Assembly: GCA_018897155.1 (NCBI GenBank)
Contig: JAHILE010000029.1
Location: 117-64,116, forward strand
Length of the DNA: 64,000 bases
Reading direction: 5' to 3'
Origin: Nanobdellota archaeon
Lineage (GTDB): Archaea; EX4484-52; LFW-46
The translations under genes were made by a program, and so were the position numbers. The notes beneath the pieces were generated by a model, which did not search any database, was not told where the DNA came from, and saw only the letters and a program-made list of their open reading frames with translations. How positions within the stretch are numbered: position 1 is the stretch's first letter; every line of letters begins with the position of its first letter. This document shows positions 56,678 through 64,000 of this stretch, in pieces.

Positions 56678-57937
56678 TCAGCTTTTCTTATTTAGCTTTT
56701 TTATTAAATCTCCGCTTTTTTTCATGCCTTCTTCGAGCCGATTTTTGAAAAATGCTTTTGTCGTATCAAATTGATTTTGATAACCTTTTGTATCGCCGTT
56801 TCCAATGATTGTCGCCCATTCTCTGACAGCAGTGTGGAATTCCAAATCATCGCCCCTGATTTCTTTATTATACAAAGCAGCATCCAATGACTCTTTAAGC
56901 AAATCTGGATTTTTAAACAAGTGTTCGACAATGCCGAGTCTTAATCTGAACGGTGGTGTTTGGCAAATCATATTTTCGTAAGGATTTGTTTTTAGTTGAT
57001 ACCATGCATCGACCATAGATAAAAGGCTTAAGTGAGAGTTTGGCATTTTGTTTTCGGAAGATAATCCCAAACCAAACTCGCGCATAATAGCCTCATCCAA
57101 AAGAATAGGTGTATTATCGTGCCCGAACACATATTCACCGGCTTTTTTGATTCTATCAGTAAACTCTTGCGCATTTTCTTTTATCATAAGCTTGAATAAT
57201 TCTGATTCAGATACTGCATATTGCTTAACCTGTTCCCGCGCATATGGGTTAAGGATAGCTAATCCTGAATATACGTGTGGCTTTCCTGAGTATATCCGTA
57301 GGCACATTAGAACTTTGACATTGTCAATCCCTCCAACATAAGAAGGATTTTCCCAAGGATAGACGCCAACATTTTTCCATGCAGTTCCCATGGCTTCAAA
57401 ACCTACATGTGTAACAACTTGTGTGTCAGCTGTTATCTTATCATGCTCTTGACACGATAACTCTATAAGATTGGTCCCTATCGATTCAAAAGCTTTTTTT
57501 GCTTCTTCGTATGCCTCATCTGAACTCCGATAATTTACTAAAACCGTGGGCTGTCCCTTTGGATTTATTGAAGGACCAAAGAGCCAATGCCAATTAATTA
57601 TATTTACATCTTCCGGCATGTATTTTTCAAATGCGTTTATGGATGGCGTCATGACCGATGTTCCGGATGATACAATCGCATTTTTCTTTGTTGATGGACC
57701 GTATTTTGCTACGGTTTCTTCTATGCTTTCAGTTGGCACTAAATAGAAAATTAAATCGCTTCTGCTTGAAACTGCTACTCCATCAGACAGTATATTAATT
57801 CCGGTGCCATTGAAATCCTCTTCCAACTTTTTTGTGTTTTGGGGCAAATCGCAGCAGTTCACTCTATAACCTGCTTTATCAAATACCTTTGCATATCGTT
57901 TGCCCATATCGCCGGTTCCTATAACTCCTATTTCCAT
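56678..57937 (-). CDS. tyrA: Prephenate dehydrogenase, fungal Tyr1-like type
   Basis: IGTGDMG, KYGPSTK, HDKITADTQVVTH, YPWE, NVKV..LRIYS, HVYSGLAILNP. Confidence 0.88.
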   Translation of the reverse strand: MEIGVIGTGDMGKRYAKVFDKAGYRVNCCDLPQNTKKLEEDFNGTGINILSDGVAVSSRSDLIFYLVPTESIEETVAKYGPSTKKNAIVSSGTSVMTPSINAFEKYMPEDVNIINWHWLFGPSINPKGQPTVLVNYRSSDEAYEEAKKAFESIGTNLIELSCQEHDKITADTQVVTHVGFEAMGTAWKNVGVYPWENPSYVGGIDNVKVLMCLRIYSGKPHVYSGLAILNPYAREQVKQYAVSESELFKLMIKENAQEFTDRIKKAGEYVFGHDNTPILLDEAIMREFGLGLSSENKMPNSHLSLLSMVDAWYQLKTNPYENMICQTPPFRLRLGIVEHLFKNPDLLKESLDAALYNKEIRGDDLEFHTAVREWATIIGNGDTKGYQNQFDTTKAFFKNRLEEGMKKSGDLIKKLNKKS

Positions 57938-57992
57938 ATTTAACTACTGTACAGTAAATTTATATGCTTTCAAGCATACTGAAGAATTAATA

Positions 57993-58215
57993 TGGGGCCC
58001 CCGGGAATTCCACGACGTTCAGGTTTTTGACCTCTGCAACAGCAGAGGTCTGTTGTTCTTTCTTTTCTACCCGGACTTGTCTTTTCTTTCTTACAAGAAA
58101 GAAAAGAAACCGAATTGAACCCGGATCGCCAGCAATTTCGAACCGCAAAATTTAATTAATCATAAATTATGCGGCTGCCCCAAGCTGGAAGGCTACCAAG
58201 TTACCCCAAGACCCC
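57993..58215 (-). tRNA. tRNA-Pro(GGG) with two introns: 43 nt at 37/38 (58135..58177) and 107 nt at 59/60 (58007..58113)
   Basis: GGGGTCT/GGGCCCC acceptor, CCAGC/GCTGG anticodon stem, CCGGG/CCCGG T-stem; T-loop BHB TTCA/TGGA with two ATT bulges. Confidence 0.9.
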
Positions 58216-58276
58216 AACGTCATAAGAATTGATGCGCATATTTAATAAGGTTTGAAATGCGTGGGGTTTTCTTCAA

Positions 58277-59062
58277 TTACAGCCTAAAATACGCCAATGC
58301 ATCATCCATTGTCGCAATCTCTATAATTGGAATTCCCGCTTCCTTCGAAGCGTTTATAATTTGCGGCTTGAATTCCGGATAGCAGTATTCATAATCACCC
58401 CACATTTTGCAGTATTCACTTTCTGTGTAATTCGCCGCAAGATTTGCAAGCGAGCCTACAGGAACCAAGAATATCTTTGCGCCGGCTTCTTTTGCTGCAA
58501 TTGCTTTTTCAAGAATCTTTCCGGACGGCCCGATTGAGCCGTCGTGATTCAAAGTTCCTGTTAGCATAACATCTTCAGCAGGGCTTTCATTTCTGAGTGT
58601 GGCTATTGTTGCCACTGCAAATGCAGCGCCCGCGGACGGGCCTTCAAGAACCGGTGCGAGCGCTTTGATGCCGTAAAATAAGTCAACGCTTCCGGAGCTT
58701 ATGTTTTCATGCTCTTTTGCAAATTCGGCGGCAAGGCGCACCGAATGCTGGGTGTCTTCCTTGGAAAGTACGCTATTGACATCAAGAAATACGTTTCCTG
58801 TACCTTTGCGTGCAGCTACGATTAAGTATGCCGACACTCCGGTGTTATTTGTGTTTACTGCAGGGAGCTTGAGCGTTGTGGATTGATAATCTCCTTTGAA
58901 TATGCGCTGAGGTGGATATAGTGTAATGCCGCCATCATCGTGAATATTATCGATTTTTGAAATTGTTTTGTAGCTGTATATAATTATGGCGGACGCCGCA
59001 AGTACGGCAAGCATAAGCAGAACAATTAGTTTCCTGTTTTTGATATTTTTCTTTTCAATCAT
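58277..59062 (-). CDS. Membrane-anchored S16 (Lon-C-like) serine protease
   Basis: N-terminal TM, EGPSAG, TGTLNHDGSIG...EK. Confidence 0.88.
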   Translation of the reverse strand: MIEKKNIKNRKLIVLLMLAVLAASAIIIYSYKTISKIDNIHDDGGITLYPPQRIFKGDYQSTTLKLPAVNTNNTGVSAYLIVAARKGTGNVFLDVNSVLSKEDTQHSVRLAAEFAKEHENISSGSVDLFYGIKALAPVLEGPSAGAAFAVATIATLRNESPAEDVMLTGTLNHDGSIGPSGKILEKAIAAKEAGAKIFLVPVGSLANLAANYTESEYCKMWGDYEYCYPEFKPQIINASKEAGIPIIEIATMDDALAYFRL

Positions 59063-59064
59063 AA

Positions 59065-59222
59065 TGGGTCAAGCCAGATTTGAACTGGCGACCTCCGCCT
59101 TTCATAAACTGCAAAGTGCTGGACTGCTGATAAATGACCATGCCGAAGGCATGGTCGCTCTAAGCGCCAGCCGATTATGCGGCTGTGTAAGGGCGGCGTC
59201 ATAACCACTAGACTATTGACCC
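59065..59222 (-). tRNA. tRNA-Val(TAC) with an 85-nt intron at 37/38 (59101..59185)
   Basis: GGGTCAA/TTGACCC acceptor, CCGCC-CTTACA..A-GGCGG, GCCAG-TTCAAAT-CTGGC. Confidence 0.92.
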
Positions 59223-59407
59223 GTTTGAGATATTTTCGTGCTGATATTGTGGATTTAATAAATTCAAGTAATATTCTTTTAAAATGCTTAAATTCACAAT
59301 CTACTTAATCGCAGATATCAGAGATATCTGAAGAGCGCGATTAACTATAGTTATATAAATCTTAAAAGTATTAAGAACGTATGCTTTTTTAAAAGCACTC
59401 GAATAGT

Positions 59408-59476
59408 GAAACTGATGAAATCCTGATACTTCGTGTCAGGCTTTCGTTTCCAAAGAATGTGGTGAATGAAATGAAA
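59408..59476 (+). repeat. Shared leader element, copy 2
   Basis: Hairpin, then GCTTTCGTTTCCAAAG-AATGT-GGTGAATGAAATGAAA. Confidence 0.7.
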
Positions 59477-59629
59477 TGCACAGTATGTAGCGCGAATATA
59501 ATTCCGGGTGAAAATTACGTTGAATTCGCATGCCCTAAATGCGGCGAAGAGAAGGTTATCCGATGCAAAAAATGCAAGATGACTGCAAACGAATACGCAT
59601 GCAAGAAATGTGGATTCGTTGGTCCGTAA
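59471..59629 (+). CDS. DUF1610 zinc-ribbon protein (missing from the ORF track)
   Basis: MKCTVCSANIIPGENYVEFACPKCGEEKVIRCKKCKMTANEYACKKCGFVGP*; usual position upstream of EF-1beta. Confidence 0.92.
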   Translation: MKCTVCSANIIPGENYVEFACPKCGEEKVIRCKKCKMTANEYACKKCGFVGP

Positions 59630-59649
59630 TTTAAGGAGGATATTTTTAT

Positions 59650-59723
59650 CTTGAAAATTCTTGCGAATTTTCAAGCTTTTTAATACAAAGAAAATCCTTT
59701 CGCTTTGCTCAAGGCTTTTTAGC
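59650..59723 (+). repeat. Palindromic element, left-arm copy with upstream hairpin
   Basis: CTTGAAAATTC/GAATTTTCAAG, then AAAATCCTTTCGCTTTGCTCAAGGCTTTTTAGC. Confidence 0.8.
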
Positions 59724-59766
59724 CCAAAGTGAATGGCGAATAGTTAAAAATGGGGAGTGATTAAAA

Positions 59767-60033
59767 ATGGTACGAAACGTAATTCTAACATTGCAAGTGA
59801 TGCCGGAATCGGTTGAAGTAAGCCTTGAGAGCATAAAGGCTGAGATCAAAAAAATGCCGATTATGGGCCAGATAAAAGACATGAAAGAAGAGCCTGTAGC
59901 ATTCGGTCTTAAGTCGCTTAAAGTCCTCACAATTCTTCCTGATGAAGGTGGCATTACAGACAAAATCGAGGAAGCTGTGCGCAAAATAAAAGGAGTGCAA
60001 AGCGCGGAAACTGTCGGAGTAACTTTAATTTAA
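59767..60033 (+). CDS. ef1b: Elongation factor 1-beta
   Basis: VMPES, EEPVAFGLKSL, DEGG.TD.IEE. Confidence 0.95.
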   Translation: MVRNVILTLQVMPESVEVSLESIKAEIKKMPIMGQIKDMKEEPVAFGLKSLKVLTILPDEGGITDKIEEAVRKIKGVQSAETVGVTLI

Positions 60034-60054
60034 TTAGCGTTCGAGGCAACTTAT

Positions 60055-60246
60055 ATGGCGTGGAAAGATCACCAATATATTTCAAAAGCTAAAAATGATA
60101 TTGAAATAAATGCTCTTTCACAAATGCATTCTCAGGGAATGAATCCAGTTTCCATTGAAGTTATGGAAAAAGACAGCACTTATAAGGCGATTTCATTGAT
60201 AGATGATCCCTTAAGGCTTCTCAGAGCGTATGGCGTTCTGGAATAA
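60055..60246 (+). CDS. Small hypothetical protein
   Basis: 63-aa ATG ORF with a GAGG RBS filling the gap. Confidence 0.5.
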   Translation: MAWKDHQYISKAKNDIEINALSQMHSQGMNPVSIEVMEKDSTYKAISLIDDPLRLLRAYGVLE

Positions 60247-60280
60247 AACTATATTAAACTCGCGCACCACATAACATAGA

Positions 60281-61045
60281 ATGACAAAGCTCGCAGATAT
60301 CGTTCAATTTCTTAACGAAACGCTGAATGTTTCAAAAATAAGTGACGATAGCGTGAACGGCCTGCAGGTTGAAGGCGCGCCAGAAGTCAAAAAAATTGTT
60401 CTTGGCGTTGACGCTTCTATAGACTTGTTCGGAAAAGCAAAAGCATCCGGCGCGAATCTTATAATTGTCCATCACGGCATTTTCTGGGATGGCAAAGATT
60501 GCCGAGCAGTCGGGATAATGGCAAACCGGCTGAAATATCTTTTAGAGCACGGAATTTCTCTTTATGCGGTACATCATCCGCTCGATGTCCATACACAAAC
60601 AGGAAACAGTGCAGTTATAGCTTTAAAAATAGGATTGAAAAAAACCATGCCTTTCGGAAAACTCGCGGACGGCAGCTGCGTAGGTATTTTAGGCGAACTT
60701 GAGATGGAAATGCCTGTTGATTCTATACTATCCAAAATTGAGGAGGTTATCGGAAAAGCAGTGCGCAAAGACCTTTTCGGAAAGAAAACTGTCAGAAAAA
60801 TCGCGATTGTTTCAGGAGGGGGGGTAAGCTATGCAGAAGAAGCTGCAAAAGAAGGCGCAGACCTCTTTCTTACAGGAGAGCCGAAGCATGTGGCATACCA
60901 CAATATAAAGGAGCTTGAAATCAACGCGGTTTATGCAGGCCACTATGAAACCGAAAAATTCGGAGTGATTGCGCTTGGCAAAACCCTTGAAAACAGATTT
61001 AAAGGTTTAAAGACAGAATTTATTAATTGTCCGACAGGACTTTGA
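60281..61045 (+). CDS. Nif3/YbgI-like dinuclear metal protein
   Basis: NGLQVEG, VHHGIFW, H.PLDVH, TGE, AGHYETE. Confidence 0.93.
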   Translation: MTKLADIVQFLNETLNVSKISDDSVNGLQVEGAPEVKKIVLGVDASIDLFGKAKASGANLIIVHHGIFWDGKDCRAVGIMANRLKYLLEHGISLYAVHHPLDVHTQTGNSAVIALKIGLKKTMPFGKLADGSCVGILGELEMEMPVDSILSKIEEVIGKAVRKDLFGKKTVRKIAIVSGGGVSYAEEAAKEGADLFLTGEPKHVAYHNIKELEINAVYAGHYETEKFGVIALGKTLENRFKGLKTEFINCPTGL

Positions 61046-61061
61046 TATTTGGTGATACAAT

Positions 61062-61241
61062 ATTACAATAAAATATGACCGTTCAAAATGCCTTTGTTGT
61101 GCAGGATGTGTTTCTATCTGCCAGAAGAACGCGATAACTTTTACAAAGATGCGGCCTGAAGTGGATGCAAAACTCTGCATTGACTGTGCCACCTGTGTTA
61201 AGTTCTGTCCAGTGGGCGCGATATCGATTTCTAAAAAATGA
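61062..61241 (+). CDS. 2x[4Fe-4S] ferredoxin with a probable ATT start (missing from the ORF track)
   Basis: CLCCAGCVSIC and CIDCATCVKFCPVGAI; in-frame TGA at 61053 and no ATG/GTG/TTG before the first Cys motif. Confidence 0.85.
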   Translation: MTIKYDRSKCLCCAGCVSICQKNAITFTKMRPEVDAKLCIDCATCVKFCPVGAISISKK

Positions 61242-61242
61242 T

Positions 61243-61317
61243 TTTATGAAGTCATAAGGTTATGAAGGAAATGCATTCCAAGAGTTCCTTTCCAAAGAAT
61301 AGGTGAATGAAATGAAA
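61243..61317 (+). repeat. Shared leader element, copy 3
   Basis: TTTATGAAGTCAT...GGAAATGC...TTTCCAAAG-AATA-GGTGAATGAAATGAAA. Confidence 0.75.
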
Positions 61318-62499
61318 CTTGAAAATTCATACGATGTCGTTATTGTCGGAGCAGGTCCCGGAGGCTCGATTACTGCAAGAGACTGTGCAAAGGCCGGATT
61401 AAAAGTGCTTTTACTTGAAAAACGGCCGGAAATTGGAGCCCCTAAACGATGTGGCGAGGGTATGAGTCTTGAAGCGCTTCAAAAAATAGGGTATTTCGGA
61501 AACGAGCGATTTGTCACTCAAAGAATCGAGACTGGTTTTTTTATTGCACCGAACGGTAAATCAATTGAAATTCCAAGCGGCACTGGCGGTTATGTACTTG
61601 AAAGAAAAGTTTTTGACAAATTTCTTGCATATGATGCCGCGAAAGCCGGCGCAAAAATAGTGTCAAATGCGGAAGCAATAGAGTTGATCAAAACAGACGG
61701 CAAAATCTCAGGTGTTGTCGTTAATTATAATGAATCAAAACATAGAATTGGCGCAAAAGTGGTTGTGGCCGCTGATGGAATTGAATCAAAAATCGCAAAG
61801 ATGGCTGGGCTCAATACTTCCAGTAGCCTAATGAATATGGCTTCAGGCTATCAATATGAAATGGCTGGTATTGATATAGAAAATCCGAAAGCTCTTTATT
61901 TTTATTTTGGAAAAAGCATTGCTCCAAGCGGCTACGTCTGGATATTCCCAAAAGGCGAACACATCGCAAACGTAGGCATCGGCATCATTGCGCAAAAAGA
62001 CGGAAGAACCGCAAAACATTATCTTGATAAATGGATTGATTCGATGCCTTTTGTTAAAAAGGGCTCGATTATAGAGGAGAATGCCGGCGGGATACCTATA
62101 GGGAATTTCCTTAAAAAAATGACTGCTGATAATTTCCTTGCAGTAGGGGATGCTGCGCATCAGGTTAATCCAATACATGGCGGAGGGCTTGCCGAAGCGA
62201 CAAGCGCCGGGATGTTTGCCGCTAAATTAATCGTTAAGTCAATAAAAGAAGGAAACACTTCTGATAAAAAGCTTGACGAATACAATGGGCTTTGGTGGAA
62301 TGAACGCGGGAATCATCTTCTGAAGCTTGAAAAGCTGATGAATGCTTTCTCAAAGATATCCGATGATGATGTAAATAATATAACAAATTCTATTGACAGC
62401 GATGGCATTTCAAAAATAATTAACGGTGATTTGGCATTCTCGGCAAAGCTGCTGATGAAAAATCCGAAGCTTATAAAATTGGCTGCCACTCTTATTTAG
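61312..62499 (+). CDS. Digeranylgeranylglycerophospholipid reductase
   Basis: GAGPGGS, EIGAPKRCGEG, ERKVFDK, YVWIFPKG, GDAAHQVNPIHGGG. Confidence 0.93.
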   Translation: MKLENSYDVVIVGAGPGGSITARDCAKAGLKVLLLEKRPEIGAPKRCGEGMSLEALQKIGYFGNERFVTQRIETGFFIAPNGKSIEIPSGTGGYVLERKVFDKFLAYDAAKAGAKIVSNAEAIELIKTDGKISGVVVNYNESKHRIGAKVVVAADGIESKIAKMAGLNTSSSLMNMASGYQYEMAGIDIENPKALYFYFGKSIAPSGYVWIFPKGEHIANVGIGIIAQKDGRTAKHYLDKWIDSMPFVKKGSIIEENAGGIPIGNFLKKMTADNFLAVGDAAHQVNPIHGGGLAEATSAGMFAAKLIVKSIKEGNTSDKKLDEYNGLWWNERGNHLLKLEKLMNAFSKISDDDVNNITNSIDSDGISKIINGDLAFSAKLLMKNPKLIKLAATLI

Positions 62500-62513
62500 C
62501 AGAGGCGAATATT

Positions 62514-63572
62514 TTGATAAAAATTCTTGGTGCGGGTTTAAGCGGTCTTTCAGCGGCGATAAATCTTGCAAAGGCGGGAAAAGAAGTTGAAGTGCACGAA
62601 CTAAAAAGTGATGTCGGAATGCACATAAAAACCAATTTTCAGGCGCTTCTTAGCGATTCTGCACCGGAAGACTACTTGAGAAATCTAAATCTCAATCCCG
62701 AATTTTTTTATCATTCTTTAAGCAATGTTTTGTTTTGCACACGCAAAAAGGAATTCGACTTGAAAATACAAAAGAGCATTCCGTTTGTCTGCCGCGGCGG
62801 AAAACAATCTCTTGAATACGGGCTGTTTAAGGAAGCTGAAAAGGTTGGAGTACGTTTCGTGTTTAAGACTACGAAGAGAGAGAGAGACGTTGATATAATA
62901 GCTACTGGGCATAAAAACGCAGACATCGCAGCATTTGGCGCGGTTTACAAGGATAATGGTTTTCTAGGCGAAAGATTTCTAATGATGTATGATGATAAGT
63001 ATTCTCCAAAAGGCTGGTACTTATATGCAACGCCGCACCTCAAAGGCTATGTCAAGATAATGAATTGCGTTCTTAAGCCGCACACGCCAAAGGTTAAGGA
63101 TTTGTTCTTTAAGGCAATCAACGAGCGGGAAATACTGAAGAAAATAGTCGGCGGCCAAAAGCCCGTAGACTATCTTGGAGGTATCGGCGGGCTTGATTTT
63201 CCGATAAATGGCGTTATTGGCGGAAAATACTATCTTGGCGAGGCAGCAGGCTTTCAGGATCCTTTTCGAGGGTTTGGTATGAATTACGCTCTTGAATCAG
63301 GCAAGCTTGTAGCAGACGCCATACTTCAGAACAAGGACTACAACAAACTATGGAAGGAAGCATTTATGCCGCACATAAAAAAAGACTTCAGCAGACGCTT
63401 TATAATGTCTGTTTTTGGCGATATGTTTGTCGAAAATGTTTTTTCTAAAAGGATAAGAAATGGAGTGGTCGATTTTGAAAGCTTTGCTCCAGCAGGATTT
63501 TTTGGCAGGATCGCAATCGACTTTTTCTTTCGCATGGAATTGCTAAGACATAAAATCACAGGCTATTGGTAA
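62514..63572 (+). CDS. GGR-like NAD(P)/FAD-dependent oxidoreductase
   Basis: ILGAGLSGL, GEAAGFQDPFRGFGM.YALESG. Confidence 0.85.
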   Translation: MIKILGAGLSGLSAAINLAKAGKEVEVHELKSDVGMHIKTNFQALLSDSAPEDYLRNLNLNPEFFYHSLSNVLFCTRKKEFDLKIQKSIPFVCRGGKQSLEYGLFKEAEKVGVRFVFKTTKRERDVDIIATGHKNADIAAFGAVYKDNGFLGERFLMMYDDKYSPKGWYLYATPHLKGYVKIMNCVLKPHTPKVKDLFFKAINEREILKKIVGGQKPVDYLGGIGGLDFPINGVIGGKYYLGEAAGFQDPFRGFGMNYALESGKLVADAILQNKDYNKLWKEAFMPHIKKDFSRRFIMSVFGDMFVENVFSKRIRNGVVDFESFAPAGFFGRIAIDFFFRMELLRHKITGYW

Positions 63573-63589
63573 ATTGCGGTATTCTTCGG

Positions 63590-63769
63590 GGTTCTTTAAT
63601 AGGGATCATGCATTTCATGGATTCGTATAACCATGATATTGACAGGGTGCAAAGGTGCGTCATACATTACGCAGTTCCCGACGGAAGAATTATTCCGTTC
63701 TGCGCGTTTAATGTCCTTCCGGAAAGTTACCGTGAGCAGATAAACAAAAAATTCGGAATTTCTACCTAA
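63590..63769 (+). pseudogene. C-terminal remnant of the radical SAM tetraether synthase (Tes/GDGT-MAS) family
   Basis: IGIMHFMDSYNHDIDRVQRCVIHYAVPDGRIIPFCAFNVLPESYR; no radical SAM core upstream. Confidence 0.75.
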
Positions 63770-63933
63770 CTTCGCCACATGAACATTAAAGTTATTCAAG
63801 TTTTGCGTTTTTTAAAATTCACACTCAAATTTCAGTTTTTGTGAATTGATATTTGAGCTCAACTGCCCAAAAAACGCAAAACTTCAGAAAGTTACATTTT
63901 CTACCTAACTTCGCCACATGAACATTAAAGTTA
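63759..63933 (+). repeat. 36-bp direct repeats flanking an internal inverted repeat
   Basis: TTTCTACCTAACTTCGCCACATGAACATTAAAGTTA at 63759..63794 and 63898..63933; AAGTTTTGCGTTTTT/AAAAACGCAAAACTT between them. Confidence 0.85.
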
Positions 63934-64000
63934 CATTTTCTAACACTTTTTGTGAAAAACATGAAAGAAAATGTAATTTTCCCCGTAGAGAATTTAGCAT

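Noticed and set aside
63759-63933. CRISPR array at the window end
   Set aside because: Two repeats separated by ~100 nt of palindromic sequence do not fit spacer geometry

Overview
This is a 64-kb archaeal chromosomal segment, most consistent with a DPANN-type archaeon (inferred from archaeal information-processing genes, compact spacing and multi-intron tRNAs; not checked by phylogeny). Housekeeping genes include alaS, leuS, pheS/pheT, aIF5A, EF-1beta, five r-proteins (including eS26), rpoL, RFC, GINS, Hel308, RNase J, Elp3, Dph5 and MC1. Other content includes two GGR-family lipid reductases, a bacterial-type Psd, a Tes remnant and a MoxR/vWA operon. There are five tRNA genes. Four carry a total of six introns, three at non-canonical positions and five with imperfect BHB motifs. 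Strongest candidates for undescribed biology: (1) an AT-rich, translationally coupled three-gene cassette between pheS and pheT encoding a Panacea/YwgA-like wHTH-UPF0175 fusion, a PIN nuclease and a divergent TGT-fold protein, which appears to have displaced the HEPN partner of an MNT gene; (2) a modular palindromic repeat family found in intergenic spaces, in frame inside at least one gene and possibly in tRNA introns; (3) a shared leader that supplies the RBS and first codons to three unrelated genes; (4) homologous introns in tRNA-Pro(GGG) and tRNA-Val(TAC). All calls come from reading the sequence and recalled motifs; no database search was run.
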